Positions 52,590-64,000 of a stretch of DNA of 64,000 bases are shown here, piece after piece. The stretch covers positions 312,001 through 376,000 of the forward strand of contig MU058557.1 in the NCBI GenBank assembly GCA_013265495.1, given 5' to 3'. The notes beneath the pieces are model-generated. The model did no database searches. It worked only from the letters and a program-made list of their open reading frames with translations, and was not told the DNA's origin. The translations under genes were made by a program, and so were the position numbers. Source of the DNA: Vicugna vicugna. Taxonomy: Eukaryota. Position 1 is the first letter of the stretch. Every line of letters begins with the position of its first letter.

Positions 52590-53900
52590 AAGCGTAATGG
52601 GTGTTCCTTGAAAGAAATTAAAGGAGACCTAAGGAGGTGGTAGGCATCCCATGTTCATGGAGGGGAAAGGCTTCATGACATAAAGGTGATAATTCTCCCC
52701 AGACTGACCTACGGACACAACATGATCTCTAGCAAAGTCCCAGATGGCTTTTTTCCTTCCCTCAGAAATTGACAAGCTGAGTCTAAAATTTATGTGGAAT
52801 TACCTGGGACCCTGGCTAGTCAAAACACTCCTGAAAAAGAAGAATAAAATAGGAAGACTTACACATCCCCATTTCAAAACTTACTACAGGGGAGGGTATA
52901 GCTGAGTGGTAGAGTGCATGCTCAGCATGCGCAAGGTCCTGGGTTCAATCCCCAGCACCTCCATCAAAATAAATAAATACCTAATTACCCCCCCAAGCAA
53001 AAAACAAAACAAAACAAAAAAAACTTACTACAGAGCAACAGTAATCAAGACAACGTGTTAATGGTGCAAGGATAGACATATAGATCAATGGAATAGAACC
53101 AAGAATCCAAAATTAACTTGTACACTTATAGTCACTTGATTTGCTAGATAGTTGCCAGGTCAACTTAGCTGTTGGGCGGGGAGTGGGAAATAGTCTTTTC
53201 AACACACAGTGCTGGGGCAATGGACGTCCATACTGCAAAAGAATGAAGGTGGATCCTTACCTCACACCATGTACAAAAATTAACTCAAAATGGATCATAG
53301 ACACACATACAAGAGCAGAAACTATAGACCATTGGAAGAAAACACTGGAGTAAATCTTTGTGCTCTTGGATTAGACAACAGTTTCATAAATATGACATCA
53401 CAAGCACAAACAACAGAAGAAAAGGAGAGGTAAATGGGACTTCACCAATATTAAAAACGTTTGTGTTGCAAAGAACACCACCAAGGAAGCAAGAAGACAA
53501 ACCACAGAATGGGAGAAAATGTTTGCAAATCATGTGTTTGATAAGGGACTTGAACTAGAATGAATAAAGAACACCCACAATTCAGTAATAAAAAGGTAAA
53601 CAGTGCAACAGGAAAACGGGCAAAGGACCTGAACAGACATGTCCCCACAGGAGACGCACGCTGGGAAAGACGCTCAACGTCGCGACCCTCCAGGGCATCT
53701 CAAATCAAAACCACCAGGAGACAGGACTTCACACTCACCAGGGTGGCTACAATTCAAAAGACAGGTAATAGTAAATGTCAGTGACGAAGTGAAGAAATTG
53801 GACCCGCATACATGGTTGGTAGGAATGTAATGCAGCGCGACCGCTTTGAAAACCAGTCTGGCTGTTTCTTAAACAGGTAAACACGGAGTTACTCTGGCTA
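52590..53900 (+). mobile_element. Decayed L1 ORF2 fragment (interrupted by SINE)
   Basis: SLFN..CWGN, KRMKVDPYLTPCTKINSKWI and AKDLNRH motifs of L1 ORF2, with stops and frameshifts. Confidence 0.88.
52890..53019 (+). mobile_element. tRNA-derived SINE (vic-1-like) inserted in L1
   Basis: A/B boxes, A-rich tail, perfect TSD AAAACTTACTACAG at 52876-52889 and 53020-53033. Confidence 0.9.
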
Positions 53901-54194
53901 TCCTGAAATCCAACCAAGTGTACCTTTCAAATGCGTGAACTGTACATTACAACTGAACACTCACAGAATAGCTTCCCTTCTGAGGTTAGATGGTGAGTTG
54001 ACCTCTGCAAGTTTTATACAAAGATGAAGCTGAAACACAGACATCCACATTCTCATTAGCTTCCTTCCTCAAATTCCCAATGCGTTTGCTCTTTCAGTTT
54101 CTGGTTATAAACTTGTGTAAGACCTTAACTAATCTAGCCCCCCCAAAAGGCATTGAAACATAGTCTTTCAGGTTTTTTTCTTTTATTGATTAAA

Positions 54195-54400
54195 AAAAAT
54201 TTTTTTGTTGAAGTGTAGTTGATTTACAATGTTAGTTTCAGGTTACAGCAAAGTGATTCAGTTATATATATATACACATACATACATACATATACAGATA
54301 TATATTTTTTCCTTTTCAGATTCTTTTCCATTGTGGGTTATTATAAGAAACTGAATATAGTTCTCTGTTTTATACAGTAGGTCCTTTTTGGTCTATCTTT
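54195..54400 (-). mobile_element. Short L1 3'-end fragment
   Basis: Poly-T then gaagtgtagttgatttacaatgtt...tttcagattcttttccatt...tatacagtaggtcctt. Confidence 0.7.
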
Positions 54401-55109
54401 TGTGTGAACTTTTGGGAAAAGGTAAACAAGTGTGTTCATTGCTAGACCAGGCCCCCGTGTGGTGGCGAAGTGGCCGGGAGCAGCTGTGAGGCCTGGGGAG
54501 TGGGGCGCTGCATGGAACCTGGGTGTGTCCAGCTGGGTCTGTGGGCTCCGAGCCATGGGCGAGGCCGGACGTCCCCCTTAGCCCCGCGTCTCTGCAGAAC
54601 ATAGGATGATGCCTAGTGCTCACCAGATCTTGCTGGATGCAGAAAAGTCTGCTTTCTTCCCAGGTTCCCCACATGAGGATGTGAACAGAGCGCAGCTGTG
54701 TTGTAAACTGGAAGGTGGTAGCCCTAGGCTTCAGGCAGAGTGCCCTCAGTGCTTTCTGCCTGCACATTTCCGCTGTGAGAACCATGAGTTCTCCTAAGGA
54801 GCAGAATATCTGTGCGTTGGTGGATAAAAATGTGCAGTTTCCAATGGCTGTCAGTCCTAGCCAGAGGAAAAAGCTCACGTCCTTAAAGGATCCTATCTGA
54901 TTGGGTCCATCCCATTTTCCTCTGTCCCCCATTTCTCTCTGCAGCAGCCACAGTCCCGGTCAGACTCCTTATCATAATCTGGGCTTGGTTCTCCCACCTG
55001 ACTGGGATAGGATGTGGTAATGATCCCACTGCAGTGGAAAGTGGGATGTGAGAGCCCATATTTGCAGTGACCAGTGATCCCCCATGGTCATCTGGAATAA
55101 AGTGCTACA

Positions 55110-55400
55110 GTCAGCTGGTGCTGTGTAACAAACTTCCCCAGCTCAGTGTAAAACATGAAGTGTTCTTGGTCATGAGGTTATGACTCAGTGGGGGGTTCTG
55201 CTGATCTAGGCTGAGCTCACCACGGCCTGCAGTCACCTGGCAGGTCCCCTGAGGTTGACTAGTTAGGATGGTCTCGTCACATACCTGGGAGCTGCTGCCT
55301 GCTGGCTGGGGCAGTGGCGGGTCTGAGCCATGCATCTTGGCACCAGCTGACCACCTGGGCCTGTTCTCTTGGCAGCTGAGCAGGACGAGAGAAAGTACTC
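55110..55400 (-). mobile_element. MaLR LTR fragment, MLT1-like
   Basis: gctgtgtaacaaac...gtgtaaaaca and ggttctgctgatctaggctg motifs (recalled). Confidence 0.5.
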
Positions 55401-55409
55401 AAGGTTTCT

Positions 55410-56690
55410 TTTTGGTTCTTTCTTTTTTAACAGCTTTATTGAGGTATATTTTATAAACTCTAAAGTTCACTTGTTTTATGTGTACAATTCAGTTATTTTG
55501 TATAAGTTTTAAATTATGCAGTGATCACCACAAGCTCATTTTAGAACATCTCCATTACCCTAGAAAGAGGCCTTGAGCCCACTCCTTGTCCCCATCCCAC
55601 TCCTGGAAACCACTGATCTGTGTCTATAGATTTGCCTTTTCTGGACATTTCATATTAATAGAATCATACCATCTGTGATTTTTTTTTTTGGTCTCATCTC
55701 TTTCGCTTAGCATAATGTCATCTTATACCATGAATCAGAACTTTGTTCTTTTTTGTTGCCAAGTCAGATCCCGTTGTGGGGATATATCCCACCTTGCGTG
55801 TCCACTCACCAGCTGATAGACATTTGGGTTGTTTCCAGCCACAGGTTTTTGGGTGGGCGTATGTTTTCATTTCTCTTGGGTGGATACCTAGGAGTGAAAC
55901 TGCTGGACAATACGGTACCTTTTTGTTTACCATTTTAAGAAACAGCTGGACTGTCTTCTGAACTATGGCACCATTTCACATTCTGACTGGCAACGTACGA
56001 GGCTCCAGTTTCTCCAAACCCCCCTCCCTGGCTGGTAGCTGCCTTGTTTTGTGACAGCCGTCCTGGTGTGTGCGCTGCGCCTCACTGAGGTTTTATTTTG
56101 CGTTTCTCTACTTAGCTGTCGTTGCTGAGCTCCGTTTCAAGTGCTTATTGGCCATCTGTATGTGTCCTTTGGTGAAATATCTAAACTTCTGGCCATTTTT
56201 TTTTAAGTTGGATTATTTGTCTTCTTCCTATTGAGTTGTAAGACACACACGTTCTGGATACAAGTCCTCGGTCAAATACGTGTCTTGAATATCTCTTCCC
56301 GTTCTGGGGGTTGGCACGCTTGTTGCAAGTCAACTGAATTTAAATGTCAGGAACATTTCTGGACTCTCGGTCCTAGTCGTTGATCTGGATGCCTGTCCTT
56401 CGGCTAGCACCGCATTATCTTCATTACAGGAGCTTCGTAGGAAGTTCCGAAATCAGGAAGGGCGAATCCTCCCGCTTTGTTCTCTTTTGAGATTATTTTG
56501 GCTCCTCTGGGGACTTTGCATTTCCATGTGAATTTTCAGATCAGCTTACCAATTTCTGCAAAAAATAAAAAGCCAGCTGGGATTTTGATGGGATCGCAGT
56601 GGTCTATAGATGAGGACGAGGAGCATTGCCATCTTAACAGTACTGAGTCGTCCAACCCAGAAGACGCTCTCCCTGCATTTAGATCTTCAG
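55410..56690 (-). mobile_element. L1 3' fragments
   Basis: cagctttattgaggtata; minus-strand VPYCPAVSLLGIHPREMKTY resembles L1 ORF2 C-terminus. Confidence 0.82.
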
Positions 56691-59600
56691 AGTCTCTCTT
56701 CAGTTTCAGCGTACAGGCTTTGCATCTTTCCCAAGGTGTCTTGAGGCCCAGGTCTGGAATTGGTACATGGCCTTTCCAGCCCATTTTGTGGACACAGGGA
56801 GCCCTGAGGCCCACCCCAGGATTCAGGGAGTGGGGGATAGGCGGCCCTGTGCCAGGGAGGACTCGCACACTGCACTGTCAGGGGCGTGGGCGTGGGCAGG
56901 GCTGAAGGCTGGCAGCTGTTCCTGCGATGGCTTTAGTGCAGGTGGTAGCAGAGACTATAGGGACCCAGGACTGGCTGGCTGCGTGCGCCCTGGCAGGGGG
57001 TTTAGTGAAGATCAGTGAGAGCCTGGGGCTTTATTTTTTCTCTTACAATGTCAGCTTCTACAAGGGCCTTAGAAACGTCTCTTGGAGCCTCAGCACATAT
57101 GTGGTTGAAAGTCAGACCCAAACCTGACCTCGCAGGTGCAGAAGTACCAGGGTGGTTGCATTTAGAGCCTCAGCAGGCAGCTCACGGGAACGTCATCATC
57201 GCTGGGAAGAGCGGATGGGAGTGTGAGGCGGGCTTGAGTGCATCTGAGACCCTGCACTCCGGCGCCTCCGGCCTCCCGGTCAGCGCAAGGGCCCCGCCCC
57301 CAGCTGCACAGACCGGCCTCCCTTGGCTCCACAGGCATGTACTTAAGGGTCCCATGGGGCCCTCAGCTCCTGAGAGGTGATCTCTGCGCCCCTGGAATGT
57401 CCTGCCTGGTAAGAGGGTCCTTGTCTGGGGGCCTGTTTCCTCAGTGAGACTTAGGGTGGGGCCTCGGATCAGCTTGACCTTCTGAGGGGCGGTGGGCTGT
57501 GGAGTCCCAGTGAAGACCCCGGACATGTGGTTGGCCACACTTGGTGGGGACTGTCACATATTGTAACCCCAGGGAGAGGAAGCCCGGAGGCCCTCGCACG
57601 GCCCTCCTGGGTGCCCCCAGCCTCCCCCACCCCAGGACGTTAGTCTGGGTCCTTCCCGGTGACGAAGTGTGCGGCTGCACTCGGTGAGTTCTGAGCGTCC
57701 TCCCGGAGAGTTCTCAGACCGAGGCGGCCTTGGGGAGCCAGGCTCGCAGCTGTACCGTCACAGCCACACTCGGTGACCCGTCCTAGGTCTCCTCTCGGCC
57801 CCCGGCTCCCCTTCCATAGGCCCAGAGCTAGAGTCTGACCCCGCAGTGTCCCTAAAGCTGATGTGGGCACAGGGCTGTGGGGACGGCTGCCCGTGGTCAG
57901 CCAGGGAGAGCGTGCGCGGGTCCGGTCACGCCAGTCAGTGCCAGCTTCCCTGCGAAGACTCCCCGCCCGAGGGGCCACCGGCGGCTGGCAGGGTCCTGGG
58001 GGCTGTGTGGCGAGACGGCAGAAGCCTGAGCCCAGTGGCCTGCACGGCCGAGGCCGGGTGCCAGCACATCTCAGGGCGGCCGAGAGAGATCGGTGGGCTG
58101 GGGCGCAGGGCTGGCGTGATCATCCCGCACGGCGCCTCCCGACTCGGTCCCCCGTAGGTCCCCATCGGGGAACCTCAGCTCTCTGCCCTTGAATGAGGCC
58201 TGACTTGGAGCGCACGTTGTTCTCCACAGGCCAGGCCTCCTTCCAGACACTTCACAAAGTACTCGCGGGATCGCCCCCGCCCCGGCGCCCACGAGGGCCA
58301 CTGGGGGTTCGGTTACCACTCTCATCTGCAGGTAGCACACTGAGGTGCTGGAGTGAGGCTGCGGATCAGGTAAGAGGCCCCCCAGTGGGCTCCCCGGATT
58401 CGTCCTGAGGTCGACCCCCTGGGGTGAGGGCCGGGATGGAGACTGAGGTGGGTCTGGGCTCCTGTGTCTGACCAGGATGGCCAGCTCTTCTGAGCAGTGG
58501 TAATGGGGCCTCGGAGTCTCAGCTGGGAATGCATGTCACGGGGCAGCTATCCCTGGCAAGGTCTGGGAGCTGCGTGTCGGGGCCACGTCTTCTGGTTTCC
58601 ACACTCCTTCACCTGTGGCAGGAACGGCTCACACGCCGCGGACTGACTGTGTGGCCGGGCTTGGCTGAGCTCTTCTGCTGGTCAGTTCCCGGGGGGCTTC
58701 AGTGTCGCTGGCGGGTCCCCTGGGGTCTGGTGGCTCTCGATGGCACAGGCCTGGCGGCCGGCGCCCAAGTCCTCTCTAGGCTCTCAGACCAGCCAGGGCT
58801 GCTCCCCGTGGGGCCAGCTCCCGAGAGCGAGGGTAGAGGCTGCCTTCTCTGGTCAGAGCTGGTCACAAGGCTGGTCTCTGTCCAAAGAGCTGAAATCAAC
58901 TCCCCCTCCTGCCTGGAGGAGCCTCAAAGGACCTGTGATCATGGGGCCCTTCCCGCAGCACGGGGTGGGTGTGTGACGGCATCTCTGAGGCCCAGCTGGG
59001 CTCCTGGTCTCCGGCTCCCCTGTGGCTCCCCATTCCCTCCCTTACTGCCTGCAGTGGCCAGAGACCGAATCTCGTCCCCTGCAGTGTTGGCACCAGCAGC
59101 CAGCAGGCCTTCAAAGGGGAGACTTGGAGGCTGTGAGGACCCAGTGCACCAGACGGCGGGACTGTGGGAGCCCATGGCACCCAGTGGTGAGACAGTCGCC
59201 CGCACGGCCACCTGTGCTCGGCTGGGATTACGTGCACGTGCAGGGAAGGCTGGTGCCCTATTCTGCTCCAGAGTCTAAGGAAATGAAGCGACCTGTGCAG
59301 CATGTTGGAATCCTGAGCTCAAGGCTCGGCCAGAGAGCAAGTGTGTCCTGCCATCACTAAAGGAATCTCTGCTCTCCTACGGCTGTGCAGGGGATGTGCT
59401 CCAGACAGACACAGAGCCTTATCCAGATGGGCTGAACTGACCTCCTCTCCCCAGGTCCCTGGGAAGGCTAGGGCACGGCCTGGGACAGAATCAGACCCCA
59501 GAAGTGGGGAAGAGACATGGAGGACCACCCAGACCGTCGGAATGCCGCGATAACCGCGCCGAGCAGAACAGCCCCTCCCCGCGATGGGCCTGGCCCTGCC

Positions 59601-59829
59601 TCCTCTGAACCTCACAGTGACCTCTCCTGATGCGGTGACTTTGCAAGCAGGTGCGCATTTTCACCCAGTTCCACCTCCCCTGCCCCTCACTGCCTCCAAG
59701 CCTGCAATTAGAGTCAGATCCCAGCACGCCGAGGCAGGTAAGCACAAACCTAATTTGGGAAAAGAGGGTTTACACATCAAAAGGCTTGCAAGCCTTGTCC
59801 TTTATATTGTCAGGAGACTGGGGGTGTGT

Positions 59830-60070
59830 GGGACGGTGTCTGCACGTCCTCGGCCAGGAGGAAAGTCGTACTTGTGGATTGGGTTAAATCTTCCGAGACC
59901 TGTGCAGTTACAAGGGATTTGGAATTCAATATTTTCAGCTCAAGAGGCTGGAAGGGTCCCTCACTTTTTCCTTGGTTGGTTGATTTAAACCGGGGCTCAG
60001 TAGTCGCCCACTGGTTGAGGTTGAGAAAGCCGTGGTGTGATGAGAGGGAGGAATGCAAAATCAGGAAGAG
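59830..60070 (+). mobile_element. ERVL/MaLR internal (gag-like) remnant
   Basis: ggaattcaatattttcagctcaagag...cttggttggttgatttaaacc...gaggttgaga resembles recalled ERVL internal sequence. Confidence 0.45.
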
Positions 60071-60632
60071 GAGTCACTCGTCTCCCAATTCTGGTCCCTG
60101 GAAGACCCAAGGACGCTCCTACCGCCCAGGCCCTGAGCACACAGGGCAGGAAAGCGCTGGCGTCCTGGGACCCCTTGGGGCTGCCCCTTCAGGTGGAGTG
60201 AGATTCTGGGACACTGACACCGATGCATGTGCCCTGGTTGCGGTGAGGATGAGGGCAGATTTTTTTAAAGGGTCAGATAGAAAAGATAAAAGAAAACAAT
60301 GAATGGATTTGAAAACCAAAAGGCGGAACTAATAAATAATTCCAAGAGCTAATTCTCTGGGGACAAAGTCACAATAAAATAGAGAAACAATTAGAAAACC
60401 TCTTCAAGAGAGGGAACGTTAACAAACAGGAGAAACATGAGGGGACTCATCACAGCCGTGGGAAGGACCTACCTGTGAGGGCTGCTCTGGCGAGCACTGA
60501 GCAAATGCATAAAGCCGGGTCGAAACAGACGGCTTTTCTAGGAAAGTATTACAATTAATAATGACAATGGTGTTATAACTGGTCCCTGAAGAGATTTAAA
60601 AATCTAAGCACACCAAGGAATGCAGACCATTT

Positions 60633-60855
60633 TTTGTGTTTGTTTGTTTGTTTTTAATAGACTTTATTTTTTTAGAGTAGTTTCAGGTTCACAGCAGAAG
60701 TGAGCAGAAAATACAGAGAGTTTGCACACAGCCCTCCCCACCCACACATATATCCTCCGCTACCCTCAACATCCCTCATCAGTGTGGCGTATTTAGTACA
60801 ATCGGTGAGCACACACGGACACATTATTATCAACCAAAGTCCATAGTTTACATTA
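60633..60855 (-). mobile_element. 5'-truncated L1 3' end with 15-bp TSD
   Basis: T-rich tail, tagactttatttttttagagtagtttcaggttcacagc; GAATGCAGACCATTT at 60618-60632 and 60856-60870. Confidence 0.82.
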
Positions 60856-61489
60856 GAATGCAGACCATTTGCAAAGCCACCCCTGTAGAAGTCATCAGGC
60901 CAAGACAATTTCATAAGAGTGGTGTACATTTCAAGAAAGGGACAACTCCATTACTATACAATGTTCCAGATTATAGAAAACTAAGGGAAATGTCCCATTT
61001 TAAAATGTTTCTTGAATAATCTGCATAGCCAAACTCCAAAACCATAGCCCAATAATGTCAAATCACAGACTAAGCTCACTGATGTCAGTGCTGAGATGCT
61101 GGCAAACGAGTCAAAAGCACACTCGAGGGCTTAGCCTCTAAAACCAAGTGGGGTTTCCTCACGGAAGGCAAGGATAGTTTAATAGAAACTATTTTAATAC
61201 AATTCATGTTAGAAGACAGAAGTCATGTGAGTTTCTCCTCAGATGTCTGGGGAGGCATTGAGAGGCGTGCGGCAGACTTGATCATATGTGTTCTTTTGTT
61301 GAGGTATTGTTTGTATGCATTCAAATGGACAGGTCTTTCAAAACGTTTAAACAATCTTAAACCTTATCTTAAGAGTTTCAGCTTTTTGCCTGCTGACTTG
61401 ATGCCCCATCACCCCCAAATGCTTTTCTCTATACTTAACACAGAAAGGACATTCTATTTAAACACAACCAGAACACAACTATTTAAACA

Positions 61490-61692
61490 TTTTTTAAATT
61501 TATTTTTATCTTTATTTTTTAAATTGAAATATAGTCAGTTATAATGTGTCACTCTCTGGTGTACAGCACAATGTCCCAGTCTTACATATACAGAGACACA
61601 TTCATTTTCATATTCTTTTTTATTAAAAGTAATTGTAAGATACTGAACGTAGTTCCCTATGCTGTCCTGAAGAAATTTGTTTTTTTATCCAT
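61490..61692 (-). mobile_element. Short L1 3'-end fragment
   Basis: ttttaaattgaaatatagtcagtt...ggtgtacagca...tagttccctatgct. Confidence 0.65.
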
Positions 61693-61695
61693 TTA

Positions 61696-61783
61696 ATTTT
61701 TTTTAATGGAGGGACTGGGAATTGAACCCAGGACCTCATGCCTGCTAAGCATGTGCTCTGCCATTGAGCTGTTCCCTCGCCCC
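61696..61783 (-). mobile_element. tRNA-derived SINE (same family)
   Basis: Reverse complement reads gagggaacagctcaatggcagagc...gaggtcctgggttcaattcccag...aaaa. Confidence 0.85.
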
Positions 61784-61974
61784 TAGGATACAACCACTAA
61801 AACCAGGAAATTCACGCTGATGTGTTCCTGCCATCTGACCCTGAGCCCCAGTGCTTCCTTCTTTGGGCATTTCCCTGTTCTCTGGCAAAGAAGGTGTTCC
61901 AGGCCCAGTGACACTTTCCCAGTGATCAGCCATCTCTCCAGGGATCTCCAAGGATTTGAGTGGGGAGCAGTATT

Positions 61975-63260
61975 TCAGCATACAGATCTGAACCGTGCAA
62001 TTCAGTGAGATTCGACAAACGTATACACCCAATCACCAGTCCCTCCTAAAGTCAGGGTGTAAGGTGTGTCCGCCCCCCATAAGGTTACTTTGCCCCCCGG
62101 AAGATTGTTCCTACGCCCGCGGGCACCCGCTCTCCTGACTTCCGCCACCACAGACTCATTCTGCCTGCTCTTCGGAGCAGAACCGCAGAGCACACGTGTC
62201 CTTGTGTCTGGCGCTTCCTTCCCTCCAGTCTGACGCCTGTGAGATCCGCCCACGTTGGAGGATGTATCAGCAACTCACTCTCATTTCTGCGACGACCGAG
62301 CAGCAACTCCCCTCTCCGTCTCGTGCTGAGGAGCGTGTAGACGCCCCCCAGGTCTGGGCTGCGAGGAACAGGGCTGCTGTAACCCTTCTCGTGCAAGCTG
62401 CGTGTGGTTGTGTCTTCCTTTCTCCTGGAAAAGCGACTACGAGTGGAGTTACTGGGCCCCGGAGCAGGTACATAGCCGCAGAGGAGGTCTGCAGGGCGCC
62501 ACCACTCTGCGCCCGCGGCGGCAGTGGAGGGACTTGCTCCGTGGTTTCACCAGCACTTGGTGCCGGCGCTCTTGTCCATCTTGACTCAGTGGATGTACGA
62601 GTGGCGTTTCATCGTGGTTTAAGTTGCCTCTGGCTTCCATGACTTTGTAAAGTACCTACATGTGGTTCTCCTTGCTTTGGGGTACCCTGACCTTGTTGTA
62701 GCTGTAAGTTTATGTTTTGCACCAAATCTGGGGGCTGTTCAGCTGTTACGCCTTCAGAAAATTTTTCTGCCTCATCTGTCTCCTCCCCAAGGAAGCCCCT
62801 CAGGGCGCAGGTGTCAGACCTCCTGCTGTTGTCTCAGCGATCGCCTCGTCGCTGATGGCCTTTGCTTCAGTACTTTTTCTTTCTGTTCTTCAGTCGTTCT
62901 CTCCTTCATGCGCACTGATCCTTTCTTCTGCAGCGTCCAACCTGCCTGTCAGCCTCTCCAGAGATTTTTTTTTAATTCAGATATTTTCTTATGGTTAGAA
63001 ATTCTATTTGGTCTTGCTTTATGGTTTCCATTTCTCTGTTGAGACTTCTTGTTTGTTACCCCATGTGTAAATTTGCTCCTTTAAATTCTTGGACATACTT
63101 CTAGTGGCTGTCTTGTTAAAGTTCTGGTCTGCAAAATACGGTCACCTGAGGATCTGTTTTTAGGGAATTCCCCGCCTCCCTTAATTATGAATCTCTTTTT
63201 CAAGCTTCTCTGATAACTAGTAATTGTTTGTTATGTGCTAGACATTGTCACTCATTCACT
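61975..63260 (-). mobile_element. Old, GC-shifted L1 fragments
   Basis: Decayed L1 3' motifs (gattcgacaaacgtatacaccc, cttgtgtctggcgcttcctt, tttcatcgtggtttaagttgc) followed by T-rich ORF1-antisense-like sequence. Confidence 0.55.
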
Positions 63261-63649
63261 AGAAGGGGTGTAGAACATGTTGTCTTCTTTTAAAAGACGT
63301 TGTTTTATTCTGGATGCCAGTTGAAACCCCGGTATGGCCGTGCGAGGCTTGGCACCTGCTTTGGAGCGTGAGTCTGGTTCAGGGTTGCTCTTCGTCTTAG
63401 GTTTTGGCCTGTATTCGAGCGTGTGATTCTTATTCCTAAACCCTGGCCTTTCTGGGGTCTTGCTCTGTGCCCAAGGTGCCCTGGGAGCTTTCTCCACTCA
63501 GGCTGGGCAAGAACTGTGTCACCAGCTTGGCACCATGGTTGGCTTCTCCATCTCAGCCTCACAACAGCCCCGTCTGCTGGGCTTTATGCAAGACTTCCCT
63601 GCTCACATACAGCCTGGCCCTTCGCCAGGATCCGAGGGGAGCCCCCATG

Positions 63650-64000
63650 CAGGTTTATTGTGATTGTGTGGCTTATAGTAAGAAATCTACATTTGGTCTT
63701 TGTCCCTGATCCTGCCATAGAGCTCCTAAAACTTAGAGAATTCCCTGAGATGACAGCAGTAAAGATGACTTCTGCTATGTTAATGGATGACTCTGGGACC
63801 ACTTAAGGATGGCATCTGGCTGCCAGGGAAGCCAGGTGATCAGAGGGTTGGAACTTTCAGTCCTACCACCTTGACCTCCATGGAGGGGAGAGAGGCTGGA
63901 GGTCGAATCTGTGACCAGTGGTCAATGGTTTAATCAGTCACACCTATGTAAGGAAACCTCCACAAAACCCCAGTGGGCAGGTTTGCACAGGTTCCCAGTT
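63650..64000. mobile_element. LTR, MER21-like (runs off window end)
   Basis: agagggttggaactttcag...gacctcc..ggaggggagagaggctggag...aatggtttaatcagtcacacctatgtaaggaaacctcc (recalled MER21 motifs). Confidence 0.65.

Noticed and set aside
45000..64000. Additional protein-coding gene downstream of JAG2
   Set aside because: No ORF resembles a known protein except L1 ORF2/ERVL remnants, and I found no consistent exon chain; small or non-coding exons cannot be excluded by eye

Overview
This is GC-rich mammalian genomic DNA, not a prokaryotic or accessory region. It is probably from a camelid, inferred from three tRNA-derived SINEs resembling the vic-1 family. Two spliced genes lie in tandem on the + strand, in the order I recall for human 14q32.33. 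NUDT14 has 5 coding exons (8204-15833; 669 nt, 222 aa). JAG2 has 26 coding exons (21102-43729; 3720 nt, 1239 aa). I traced both by eye through GT-AG junctions, and both frames are intact. Two N-gaps (20907-21005, 31372-31553) fall outside the CDS. The flanks (1-7.5 kb, 45-64 kb) are mostly old L1, MaLR/ERVL, MER21-like and Tigger1 relics plus young SINEs. Most ORF-track entries are GC-content artefacts. I see no evidence of a wholly new gene system. The best leads are regulatory: (1) a JAG2 exon 16/17 junction that regenerates its own 5' splice site; (2) a 19/20 p53/p63 element in intron 2; (3) tandem Pumilio elements abutting the poly(A) signal; (4) a MORE/E-box/uORF composite at the JAG2 5' end; (5) a YGCY/RBFOX cluster before the EGF6 exon. 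Repeat family names and human comparisons are from memory and need database confirmation.
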